Shown: positions 50,501 to 62,770, counted from the first letter of the stretch. The stretch: 64,000 nt of DNA from Phoronis australis (GCA_002633005.1 NMRA01000003.1:1335543-1399542), one strand, 5' to 3'. Numbers and translations are program-made. The notes: a model not told the origin generated them from the letters alone.

Positions 50501-53500
50501 CTTTGGTTATCATGGATTGGCTGCTTTCAATTTTCGTTTCTTCTGATGAATGGGAAATTACTGATTAAAGTAGTCATTAATAGTGAAATACTAGACATTT
50601 AGGCTGAGTCTTTTAAATCAAAGCATACGTAATGCACAAATCTGGATTTAGTGCAAATCCTGAAACTTTAAATTGTGTCAGTCAAGTTTTCCTTTGATTG
50701 AATGCCACCAGACAACAGGTGCTGACTATGTTGGTCATATGGCATGCTCGAAGCAGGTATTACTTATGGCCATGCTGCTAAAAGTCACAACAAAAGCCAT
50801 GCCCGAGTGTTGTCCAATCAGATGCTGACAGGTAACGTCAGCCCTGGAATTATGCACCTTCTGCTGTCATGGGGATGGTCTGGGGAGGGGATTAATGCAC
50901 CAGCATATCCCCAGTGATCCTGTCTATGACAGGTATTACAATTTACAGCTTATTATGGCATATTCGCCTTGCAGGCCATCAAGCAAACTGTCTGTGGGGG
51001 CCAGGGCATTAGCAAAACACTGTCACCGGGACAAGACAAACAGCTGGTGGGGCAAATCAACAGGATGTAAGTTTACTTAATAGATGTGGTTGTGATGATA
51101 TCAGTTAATGGACATTATCCTTCATACACCCGGTTAAAAAATTAGATGCGTCTAATTGGCATTCTTGCTTTCAAAAATTTAGTTCATCATCCTATTTTTT
51201 CAGATATTTATTATCATTGATAAACAAATACAAAAAAGCAAACAAGTTCATTCATTTATTCCTGCATGAAAACCCCAGGAGAGACCATTCTCGTTTGTCG
51301 TATAAATTTTCTCCTTTCCCAGAGAAGCTGCCACACTCAATTTTTTTGTATACAATAAAATTTTAAGCATTATAATACTCTTAAGTATATGTAACAAACT
51401 TGTAAATATTAGGTCATGTGGAGAATTTCTCGCTTACACTGGTCACCACTCTGATTCCCTATGCCCCAGACAACTTTTATGATGTCTATTCAGCAGGCCC
51501 TTTGTATTGATTTAGATCTGAGCTAATTAATTTGAAAGGTAATAGCTAGCACTACTTTCTTAACAATGGTGGTCCTTATAACAACCAACTTGTTTTTCTT
51601 TGGCATTTCCACAGAGTTAAAACCTGCAGTGTCGAGAGCAGTTTTAACTTCAAGTTGGTACATTTTAAATATTGCAAAAAGACTAAAAAGTTAATTTGCT
51701 TTGATTTTGACAAAGGGTCACTTCTCAAAGAAACGTTGGTTTTAAATGTTTCATACCTGTTTTCATTACTTTATTTTAATACTCCTGTCTACTTGTTTTT
51801 TTCTAACCGGTTAGGGTTGCTTTCTTTTGTGTTTAAACGAGGTATCAAAACAACTTAATTGGGTCTTGCTCGCACTGGACAATGCTGTCATCGCAACTGA
51901 GTCCGACTCTGGCACCGCGATCTGTTTGATCGCGGTAAAGCCGCTCAGAAGGACGAGCGGTGAAAAGTCACACATATCTTAGAAATGCGTGACTTTCATG
52001 TAATTGTATTTTTCACGACATGTATATTTTGTGACTTCGCTCCTTGTACATTGTATTTATCCTGTGTAATATAGTTCATCATTCTGTTCCTTGGGTGTAT
52101 GCCTTGTCGTGGCGGAACAGCTTGCATATCTCCCTGACCTCTAGAGCTTTACCGGCGGGAGTTTAAAAACTCCTGGCAGGGCCACCCATGCCGGGCAGGT
52201 CGAAAGGCAGAGATCAGACGAAATACATCATCAAATTCCCTAGGGTCACATGTGGGTGGGGCATAAGGCTCATCTCGTACCCTGTAAAAAGCTCTGTTCT
52301 TTGGCAACAAGTCACCTACAAGAAGAGCAACTTTGGAGATTAAATCTGGGCAAAACCATGAGCTGCCACGAAGCCGGAGGATGTTGGCTTAGGACAGTGG
52401 GTGGACCTTCTGTTCCTGTATAACCCAGCTTACAGAAGAGAACCAGACATGCACGTATTCTACCCATCACGGGAATGCAGGAGAAGTTCATATGACTTTT
52501 CCATGTTTACACTGTTTCAGTAATTTTGCCACAATATATTTAGTGGTTAAATTTTCCTTCAAATACATACTTTATGCATGGGAAGTCAGTCGTTTTTAAT
52601 TTGTTAATCAACATTTTTTGTATTGTCTCTGTGAAGTTCATGGCATTCTGTTGACTCTGGTGAATTTTAAGTCAGAAATTAAAAAAGTGTGATTTAATTT
52701 TTCAAAATTTTGAAGTTAACAACATTATGTCAAACAGAAATTCTACTTGTAAAATCCTCTCTCTTATTTTTGTTTCGGTGATTTTGAATCTGCAGCTGAA
52801 GAGCAAAAAAACTGCCATGCATTAGAGGTGGTCACAAGAATCCTGGATGGCGCAGCCTGGATTAACATTCATCAGTTACCTGTAAGTCTTTAATTCATGA
52901 AAGTCTAGTGTTGGTAGTCTAGTCACAAATAACTGCACCATAGAGGTGAGGATGCCAGCGATTTCATTTCCTACAGTAAGATTGGTAATTATTAATAACA
53001 TGCCTGCATTTTGAGAACCAGTTTTGTCCACTGAATAACGGGCATGAAACTGGTTCTCAAAATGTGGGCACGCTATATCTGACTATTGCCGCAAAATCTC
53101 ACCAATTGCAGAGAATTTTTTGCCAAAATTGACCTTTCTTATTTTTTCAACAACTTCTAAGTATCCCAATTTCTTCAAAATATTATCTCTTGGAAGTAAT
53201 GGTACCGAAGTTGAACATGGAAAAGCAATGATTTGATGCAACATATCTTCTATGAAAAAGTGAGAAACTAAAATATTTACTTGTCCATTGTATTGAGTCC
53301 TAAATTAGTGAGGTTTTACCATACTATATTTGTTCAAATAACATTTTACTAATCGCACGATTTTGTGTGTTTCAGCCACAGCTACCTATCTTGGAAGTAA
53401 GGCACGAAAATGGTATGTGACAAAATAGTTACTTTGAATATATATCTATTAATAATTTGTAAGACAACCCAGCAAGACTGTTGTTGCTGATGTTTTCTTT

Positions 53501-53679
53501 TTTGAAATGTTTAATTTCAGTCTGAAAATTTCTAAATTTTATCTGAGTTGCCTACATATATGTCTTGATGTCTTTTGTTTTCAGGTTATGGAGCCCGTTG
53601 GTTACATGATGGCTCATCATTTCGAGGTTTCCTTGAACCACAAATGGTAGATGGTCATTCTTGTGGTTGGAAGCATTAA
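44584..53679 (+). CDS. Uncharacterised 270-aa protein homologous to plant ASCH-domain proteins but lacking the ASCH domain; C-terminal toxin/nuclease-like domain
   Basis: Exons 44584-44643, 45367-45527, 46519-46584, 47707-47806, 48365-48480, 50975-51066, 52796-52881, 53376-53412 and 53585-53679. All are GT-AG and phase-consistent, totalling 813 nt and ending in TAA. Motifs: YPRQPLYKEIA, WPPSRRKLLATF, LSVGARALAKHCHR, WWG, KNCHALEVV, WINIH, LEVRHENGYGARW, FRGFLEP, GHSCGWKH*. Confidence 0.88.
44610..44968 (+). repeat. 120-bp tandem repeat x3 spanning the first coding exon's splice donor
   Basis: 'gtagag...gatgtca.tgtcat.caa|gtgagtag...tttgtagttt' starts at 44611, 44731 and 44851. Confidence 0.95.
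52080..52484 (+). mobile_element. RTE-clade-derived non-autonomous retroposon (5' UTR joined to 3' end)
   Basis: 'gccttgtcgtggcgg...cttg...ctagagct...gggag...ctcctggcagggccacccatg...caggtcgaa...cagacgaa' resembles the conserved RTE 5' UTR as I recall it. Possible TSD agttcat at 52073-52079 and 52485-52491. Confidence 0.65.
52984..53090. mobile_element. Palindromic MITE family B, copy 2
   Basis: 'cattttgagaaccagttt...aaactggttctcaaaatg'; homologous to 21818-21929. Confidence 0.8.
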
Positions 53680-56600
53680 ATTTCGTTTCCTCAGACAAAA
53701 CACATTTGTGTTACATTAACTAGTGGCAGGTCCACGTGGCTAAATGACAAACAAGCAATTGTCTTACATTTTTTTACAAATCTAATAGTATTCTGATCAG
53801 GAATTGGAAAAAACCCATTACTAGACTGTTGTTGTTTCGGGCAAGGAGAACAATGTTGTTGCCAAAGGACTTTGACAACTGAACAGAAAGAAATCAGCCA
53901 AGTCCATTCTTCAATTAAAAACCGATTGTACTGAAAATCAAGTTGGCAGAGTCTGGGAGAAGTCTGTCATAGTTTGTGTATTCGGAAACCTGTACATGTA
54001 CCGTTAAAATGCAACATAGCAATTCGATCCTGACTCCTGCACAGATAGTGTTAGCAGCTAATAATTTTTCAGTGACAATCCTGGAAATATTCGATGAGAC
54101 ACCTGTTTTATGGTAATATATGGTTCTCAGCACACTGGAAAAATGCAGTATTGCAACAAATGCTAAAATTTTATGTGATGTAAAATTTCTCGGTACTTCC
54201 TTTCTGTAAATTACATAGAAAAAAATTATTGTGTTACAGCAAGAAGTTGGATTTTTGACACAAGTCTTCACAAAGTTTTATTCACAAGGAAAAAATTGTC
54301 AAAATGTAAAGAACAATAAGCACGAATTATTAACACACGCCATATGTTGGTCAGGTGGCCTATAATTATGAATGAAAAGATTACTGTCTCGACTGGGACT
54401 CGAACCCTAGACTTAAAGCTAACCTTCTGTTAGCAGAAAGTCTCTGGCTCCAATCCCAATTAATTTTTTCGAACTTATCCATAGGGCACGTGACCTGACC
54501 ATCATACCTTCGTATAGGACATGCAGAAGAATAAACACACAATTTCATTAAAGTCCAATGTTCAATCATCAAGTGAATTTATGTGAGATCCTATTCACAT
54601 GTCCAAATTTGGCGAAAATCGAAACATCACATCTCAAAGATGGCACATTGGATTCAAATGAAACTTTCAGGTATTGCACTTATGCGTTTTTGCCGGTTTT
54701 TCAGTGTCATGTCTAGTACTTTGACATGATAGAGGAGCTGGGAAATATTGGGATCTTCAGTAATTTCATGAAAAATTCAAACGTTGCATAAAACAAAAGT
54801 GAGTGGTTTAAAAACAGCATCAGCGTTTTTGAGATTTTGAATTTTTTATCCAAATAAATTGGTCACGTTATGGACACTATTGTTTTGTTATGAATGGTGA
54901 CCATATTTATACCTTCCAATTATGGAAACTACAACCTGTGTCTGTACCAAAGAATAAGATGCAAGTGGTTATTTATGTAAACATGTATACTTGGTGTTGT
55001 AAAGTTTTCATGTTAACAGAGACATGGGTTGTGTGTATTTAGTGATTTTACTTGTATTGACGTGAAATGTATTTACCGACACCCATTTATGTATAGATTT
55101 TCGTATTGACAGTGACATGTCAAAGTATCTGGGCAGTTTCTGCCTCCTCAGTGAATTTTGGCCACTTTTATATTGGCTCATGGAGTTAAAACCTCTACAA
55201 AAGGTTCAATTTCCAACTACACAAATCAACAAAAGGTTTTAAATATTATCTTCGTAAACATTTTGCTGTTGCCGGCATCTCTTCTTGCTCAATGTCCAGA
55301 AATCCCTACAAACGGAAGTTATGGTTTTATGGAACTGACAATTATAAAAGGTAATGTTAATTCTGGAAAAAAAAACTACAAAAGGGTGACTCTACATGGA
55401 AACACCCTACAAATAGGTCCCTTTTCCGGTGTCCATTCTCTAAATGTCTGGGTATGCTAATCTTCCAGCTGCAGTTCTCGTCAAAAAAACTCGTTGCTGT
55501 ACTCTCATGTTAAGACTACGATGCCGATGCTCAAATTAGAAGTGTAAATCCACATGTGAAGACGTTCGGTGTTTCATTTTGTCACACCACAATATAGTTC
55601 ATAGCGGCCTTAACAAATTACGTTGTAATCGGACTGGCATATTCCTTGAATGAGTGCGCACAGCAAGGAAACGGCGGTGCGGCCTACGAGTAATATTCGT
55701 TCACGGTGATTTGTCAGCCAGTCAAACCCGTTGAACAACGCCACGACATGTTAATGCGATGTTAATTTTTGAATGCCGAGATAGACAAAAAATGTCACGC
55801 GCTGAACATGTTTTCTAAATTGAAACAATTTTATTGAACACAAACGCCTCGCTGAAACCATTACAGCTGATGTGCACCCACGGTCTGTGAATGAAGTGCC
55901 AATTGAATTAGACCGCTTTCCGCTGATCTGAGATGCGGTCTGTGACAGCATCGGCCATGAAAAGTCACCCTTAGGGTTTTGTTCCAGAAAAACTACCTTT
56001 TTGTAGTGGTGAGTTAATGCCATCAACACAATCCTTGCGCTGGAAGTAAGTTTGATTGTTGCATGACGTCAGGTGCATTGTTCAACATCGTGGCGCGTGA
56101 TAATGCGACGTCATTGTTGCTACACGGCGTATAACTTTTATGCAACTGGGCCCTGAATTAAAACCCATTGAGCCAGAAACAGTACAAGAAGACTGCCATC
56201 CTATTTGTTGTCAAAAATGAGTAGGCTTACATATAGTTTGCAACATCTTAAACCAATGATAGGTAAATAGTATTGGAAACCCTTGAGTAGTTATGTGTAG
56301 TTGGAAAACATGAACCTTTTGTAAAGTTTCGAGGTTGTGTAATGTATACTCATTCTCATATTGTGGAAGTGTGGTGGCCCTGTGACCTATTTCTAGCAGT
56401 TGTTTCCAGGAAACCAGATTGGATAACCATAGATAGATGTATTATACCAGTAGCTGCGGGCCTGGCTGGTTACATTCAAATGATGCCCAACTTTTGATAA
56501 TAAAAGTTCATGGAAATTACTTTAAACATTGATTATTTATTTGTTTACATATTATTAATGTTCACAGAAACAATATTGAAATACCTTATAGATTGCAAAA

Positions 56601-56780
56601 ACAGTGCACAGAAAACGTAAATACAGCAGGAGACAAAGGAGTGTTTTAACTGCATTTTGGGATTTTTTTCTGGATAACGCTGTTTAACAGAATGTTCGAA
56701 ACCCGTTTACGTTGTTACAATTAACTGAACAAGGTCATGACGTAAAAGTGTCGAGTTCCGTTCGCTGTACGTGTGCGACT

Positions 56781-59700
56781 TCACACGACACACGTTGCAT
56801 TGGCAGCGAAGTTGCAGACGCAAGTGTGGACATCGAACACCTTGTTGAGTGGACATGTTTGTGTCCCGCTCGGGCTCTGGCCGATAAGTGACTGGCTAAA
56901 CACAGTGCATTGAGTATTGGGAACCACTTTGTACACATTACCGTTACTTGAGCACTGACTACAATATGCGTTTATCTCACTCGACAGTTGTAGCGAGTCT
57001 TGATAGTACTGTCGTGCACTGTCGCATTGACCAGAAGGCAACTTCTTAGCTTGCGCCTGAAAACATTTTGCAGCAGTCATGGTGTACCTAAAATGGAAAG
57101 ACCAATTCTAGTCGGTGTCACCGAGAGTCTTGGTTTGCGTTTTGTTAGGCCTATATGTAGTAAAAAATATTCTTTCTCACATGACCTGGAATGTGTTACG
57201 ACACGACTAGTTAACACCGAGTACGTATTTTTGATATTACATGGGCGAATCACAAAGTAGCGCAAAGTAGAAATCCATACGCCTTACATTTTATGTCTTC
57301 ACTACACTAAAACAACTCAAACGCACGCCAACCAAGCAATGCCGGAATTCCGAGAAGGTGACAAGGCTATTATTGACAAATCGGGTGTCGCAACTGTATA
57401 TACTCTTAGTCGGAAGAACATGCAAACAACTTCTTAAACGGACCCATCTTCGGCGGCGAATTCCATATCCACGTTCATTCAAACGGACACGAGCCAACTC
57501 GAGAAACGCAGCGACGAAGACTGTCTAGCTGTGCTGTCTCAAGGTCGCGCGGGGAAGCCGTGCTGACTGTTTGTTTATAAACATTTTTTAACTTTTAGTA
57601 TTACAACTTCAAAGACTATTTAATAGATTCTAACTTGAATATTTGCTACGAAAGCTGAATGCAATTTAGCATTTTGAAATCAAATAGATGTTGCAATCAG
57701 GATGCCGTGCATTTACAGAAGAATAAAATATAAAATAGTAAAACTAGTAAAACTAAAATGACGAGTGTCGGTACTAAAATATATTAAAATATCCCCACGT
57801 ATCGAGCGAGGCACTCTTCCATATCCTCACGTATCGAGGGTCGCGCTCTTTCTCTATACGTGGGGATATTTTAATATATTTTAGTACCGACGCTCGTCAT
57901 CTTAGTCTAACTAGTTTTACAATTTACCATTGTTAAGCTTAAAATAAAGCTTTTAACAAAAAGTAACTGAAGGCCCCCCCCCCTAAATTATCCCAGATTA
58001 CATTTGGCAGTTCGGGGGCCGGTGCGAATGTCTGACAGGCAAAATCCTGGCTAATACTCTGCCCTGGCCTCCCTCTCCCTAACTCCAAATCCTGGATCCG
58101 CCCCTGGTTTTGTCGGTTCATGTGAGAAAACAAATCCTACACTCGTCTCAGATTGATGACATGGGCAAAACCTCTTGGAAATTTCGTCAAAATCCCTATA
58201 GGCAAGCCTCGGGATTTTGATGAAATTTCCAAGAGGTTTTGTCCATGTCATAAACCTGAGAGTCGTGCAGGATTCTCTATTAGCCAGTCAAATCGGGATT
58301 ACTAGGCGTGAGACGTACCTGCAAATCTTGGTTCGGTTCGCCTCCACGATACCTGACATTAATGATGCCACATTTGACCCCAAAACACATGACGTGCTCG
58401 ATGTGGGAATACAACCATTGTTTAATCCTGCAACTGAAGATACAAGAACGCCGATTCAGATTTTTGTAAGGGTTACATGACAGTAACAGTATGTGCGCAA
58501 GATTAAAATCAATATGCAAGCACCAACTCTGTATGATATTGTATTAGGTCGTGGGGACGTCGGAGTAGAAAAGTATATTTGAATTGTGAAGCTGAATGAA
58601 CAGGTAAAACTGATCAAAAGTTGGCACAATTGATCAAGAACCTCCGATCTATTATATCTACTTCAGCATAACTGATCAAGACAGAATAAATGCCTTGGAC
58701 GTTTTAATCCATCTTTTTGAAATAAAAACCATTTTTCAAACCCTAAACTATAAAAACGAACTTCACCCAACAGGTGAAATGGACATAATCGGTCAAACTG
58801 GACATTACTTAGAAAGTAACGACTTCCATTTAGATCGCTCACCATAATAGTAACAACTATTCTCGATGATGAGTCTCTGAAATACCCATAGTGCCCAAGC
58901 CCTGTTCTTCGAAGTACATCCCGCTTGCTTCAGGGCTGCAGCTGCGCAGGTGTCCAGCTCCTTCCGGTGTCTAAAACAACGAGTGACACGTACTGGGAGT
59001 AAGCGAACAGTTTTTATGTGCCAATAATCTCGCACTATAAAGTAGTGCACTGCGAGATGGAGTATACAGTGAGACAACACTAAACTCGCGGCAAAAACGG
59101 ATACATCACCACTTTCATCACTTGATAACAGTCGAGTAACCATGCAGTTCTCTACACCTGTCGTACGCATTAATCAAAGTACTTTCTGTCTGGTTCATTC
59201 AACAGTAAGCACTTGTTTATCCGACAGAATCTGTAAACAGTGGCTTATTTAGGGGGAAGTGGGCCATGGCCCCCTAAAATTCTCCCAGATTCCATTTGGC
59301 AGTTCGAGAATGCGAATATCTGACGCGCAAAATCCTGGCTAATACTCTGCCATGGCTCCCGTAGCTTAAAATCCTGAATACGCCCCTGGTAAAGTCGTTT
59401 TGTCTGCAAGGATTTTGTCCAGTGAGGTCTGGGAAGTAATAACATAGAATAAGTCTGCTGAAATTAGCAGCAAAAACGCTACACTTCTCTCCAACATAGG
59501 CGTAGGAAGCACTGAGGAGGGGGGAGGGAGCAGGAGATGGAGGCTAGCGCACCTCAACCAAAAGGTTGGAGGCCTAGATATCTTTCCGACCCTGAATACT
59601 CCAGGTGTTTTAACCTATTAAAATAAGTGTCAGTTAATTATTAAAAGCTTAAACACGCAGACTTTATTTGAAAATAAAATTGAAAAATAATACTCTCCCC

Positions 59701-62349
59701 CTCTCCAACCATCAAACTAATGTTTCCTACGCCAATGTCCAAAAACTGCCCTCTCATGACATCTGAGCAGTGGTGTCTTATGCTGCTCTCGTAACATTGG
59801 AAAAGAGTTTACAATGAGATTCGCAAGTGAACCTAGTCATCCCGTAGTATGATCTCGCCTAAATTTCTATACCTTTGCACGTGCAAAACCAGCATGAAGC
59901 CTTCCCTATGATGAACTCCAGCTGGGCAGAGGCAGATTAGCATTAAGCCGTAAAGGAAAGTGACACAAAAATTAGTATGTTCCTTCTGATATGGCCGCAA
60001 AAAATTAAAAGGTCTATAAAACCGTCACTGCTGTTTGTTTAGTTTCAAGGTCAGCTGAGTTTTAATTATAATGTCAGGAAAAATACGCTTAACAAATGTA
60101 CTGTCTGATAGATCTAAACCAAGACTGTTTTATTAAACTGTTTAACAAATACCTGCAAATGTTTGCGTACGACGGGAGTGAAGTGGGCGTTATCGGTCCA
60201 TAGCTGGCCATGCAGTAGGAAGCGGTATCGGCCAAACGACAACCTGAAATGACGAGAAAAATGATCACAGTCCGCGAGGCCGTCGGTATTCACCTTTGAC
60301 AATTGCAGTCTTAATTACAACAATGAAAATTTCCGTCGAGGACCACCTAGGAAAGTGACTTGAAACTTCTGAGAAAATACAAATTGACGGTTTAAATTTT
60401 GCACTTCAAAAGACCGTTACCACTGTGGTCGCGATGTTCAACGAAGCAAGACAGTGGTGTGTGGTATTCAACACGAAATAGATCCATTCGTGATCTAAAA
60501 TAATACGAGCTGAAACAGGCGACATAGAATGTCGTTTTTAGATTGCACGGTAAGAAATTGTTCAGTGCACGATGATTTGCCTCTTTATCAACTGAAGAAG
60601 TAAATCTGCTAAATTGTACGTACTTCCTTCGTATTCACACATTGCTTTGTACAACGCCAAGTTAGAATCAGATAAAATACACGCCGAGTCTGCCGCTTTT
60701 GTGCAGTCTATGTAATCTTTCAGTGAACTGGAAGAAAAGAAATTAAACCGTAGCGGGAACAGGAGGTACATTTCGGTTCAAACTGGCATCGTAGATGAGA
60801 AGCGTAACTGCGAAATGGTAGACCAATGGCAAATAAAACCTTTGTGTAACTGAAGGAAAAACTAGAGCCCTTTCCACAACGAAATTTTATCATTGAATAC
60901 TTTCCCTCTGCAAACAAATTACAAATCGAATGATATTCAATTGATACAGGTATTCAAATTACATCTTTTGTTTACAGGCTATGATTCGCAGTTGAAGGTC
61001 TTTGTTTGCAGTTTGCTCAATGAAAGAAAATCACAGAAATCATTAAACGATTACACAATTTTCACATGGGAATTGTTATCACGGGGCGTGTGCCACATAT
61101 TGGGCAGGGTATGGTGCCAGCGAATATTCCATTTACATCAGCACACTGCCATAGCCAACTGGGATATTGGCAATTGAGACGATACCGAGCGGTGAAAAAC
61201 TTCCTCTAACTAGACGGACCAATTACGTTCCCCCAGGTCATTACCACGTTTGAATACGGCAGCTGAACGAGTTCCGAAGCTAAAAAGACACACCGGAGAC
61301 GATACCTAGGACAAAATATCCAGCTGAATTGACGGCGGTCTCTACCAACACTCTCTAACATAAGAGATTCTAGGTACACGTATAGTACTCGTCATTATAC
61401 AGATACCTACCGACAAACTCGACTACTGTAACTGCTCGCCGTTGAATGAGGTGAAAACATCAATGTGGACGCGTTCATCATTATTTTTTGGCAATGCTCA
61501 ATTTTTTCATAGCTGCACACGTTTTCTACAACATAGAGTGAAATGGAATGCAGAACTGTAACAGCGTTAAGACGCAAAAATGACCCCAACATTAAGGCTT
61601 TATTTATTTATTTATTTATTCATTTATTATTGTTACATTTACAATGAGGTTGGTCCCATCAGTTCTCACTGATTTCTATGGGGGTCCTCAGGCTGAACTC
61701 GAAATTTCAAGTTTTTACTCGAGTCTCACGTTTTATTCAAGTTTGTAGCTCGAATCTAAGGTCATCAAGTGCGTGAACTTAAGACTACAGTAGATACTCA
61801 TCAGCAGCATAAACCGCATCAAATAACCTAGCTAATAAAACAGACAATTACATGTATTATGTATTCGTACAAAAGTAGAGTTCCATTTTGGTCTTGTTTT
61901 CACCTGGCGGACCAAGAGATCTACTCATTATGTCGAGATGAGTAACTGGGAAATGGAGCGTGAAAAGAACAGCGTACATGTCCTGAGAAATAATTTCAGT
62001 GTTTCTGGTAACCACTCGAGGCAACTCGCACAAGGGCGTTTTTCTCAAATTCGTTATCCACACAAATACATGTATTTTTCATTTGTTCAACAGACACATG
62101 CAGAGATATTTAAAGAAGCTCTCTTGTTGGATATCTGGAACGCAGAGCAATTTTGACGGAATAGATTTCAGACAAAACTATGTGTAACTTACGCGGCCTT
62201 GCTGTTTCAAGACGTGGAGTTACCTCGGCAACAGATGGAGTCGATGTTATAGTAGAATAGCTTGTCGGAAAGGTGGCGGATTTTACCAGCCGCCCGTCAC
62301 CCCATAACAACAGTGCGGTAAGCAGTGGGATGGTTTGCGCAAAGTTCAT
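56781..62349 (-). CDS. Secreted 338-aa Cys-rich protein: signal peptide, S/T/P-rich linker, three six-Cys modules and a C-terminal peritrophin-A/CBM14-like chitin-binding domain
   Basis: Exons 62349-62193, 61525-61411, 60727-60624, 60243-60153, 58970-58843, 58433-58319 and 57087-56781. All are GT-AG and phase-consistent, totalling 1017 nt. It starts MNFAQTIPLLTALLLWG and ends PNTQCTVFSQS...QTCPLNKVFDVHTCVCNFAANATCVV*. AATAAA on the minus strand near 56536-56541. Confidence 0.85.
57737..57920. mobile_element. Long palindromic (foldback) MITE
   Basis: 'atgacgagtgtcggtactaaaatatattaaaatatccccacgtat' is inverted almost perfectly at ~57856-57900. Confidence 0.85.
57971..58106. mobile_element. MITE family A, 5'-truncated copy
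   Basis: Same internal sequence and ATCCGCCCCTG end as 18249-18415. Confidence 0.85.
58133..58274. mobile_element. Near-perfect ~140-bp palindrome (MITE)
   Basis: 'atgacatgggcaaaacctcttggaaatttcgtcaaaatccc' pairs with 'gggattttgatgaaatttccaagaggttttgtccatgtcat'. Confidence 0.85.
59238..59388. mobile_element. MITE family A copy, 5-bp TSD GTAAA
   Basis: cagtggc...cgcccctg with gtaaa on both flanks. Confidence 0.9.
59495..59737. mobile_element. MITE (CATAGGCGTAGGAA...TTCCTACGCCAATG), 5-bp TSD TCCAA
   Basis: 14-bp TIRs with one mismatch; tccaa on both flanks. Confidence 0.8.
61599..61690 (-). mobile_element. 3' tail of a CR1/L2-type LINE or a SINE
   Basis: Minus strand: stem-loop 'cccatagaaatcagtgagaactgatggg' followed by a (TAAA)n tail. 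Confidence 0.5.
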
Positions 62350-62544
62350 GTTGACTCCTAGAAAGCAAACCATGCAATTACAAAATGGTTCCAATACATA
62401 TTGTGAAGTCAAGCACGAAAATATTGTTTCAATCAATAAAATGTAGATACTTATACAATATTTAGCAAGAGATGGTGCTGTTTGCTACCTCCTTAGCCAA
62501 CCACAAGCCCAGAAATTGAGAAGTTTCACAATGTCAGGCCCACT

Positions 62545-62698
62545 CAGGGTCGGATCCAGGATTTTTAGTTAGGGGAGGCAGGGCAGTGTATTAGCCACGA
62601 TTTTTCCAGTCAGACATTTGCACCTCCGAACTGCCAAATGGAATCTGGGAGCGTTTCTGGGGGGCATACCCCCTTGGGCCCCTCTAAATCCGCCACTG
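62545..62698. mobile_element. MITE family A copy, reverse orientation, ~200 bp upstream of the secreted-protein ATG
   Basis: cagggtcggatccagg...aaatccgccactg, with flanks ccact and ccatt. Confidence 0.85.
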
Positions 62699-62770
62699 CC
62701 ATTAACATACTATATGTCTATATGATGACAACTGAAGCTTTAACTTAGTGTGTTATTTGCAGTTATATTT

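Noticed and set aside
55751-56153. 92-aa ORF with GDFSWP (LINE endonuclease-like) beside a GGGCCCTG end
   Set aside because: A single short motif with no other endonuclease blocks; too weak to call.
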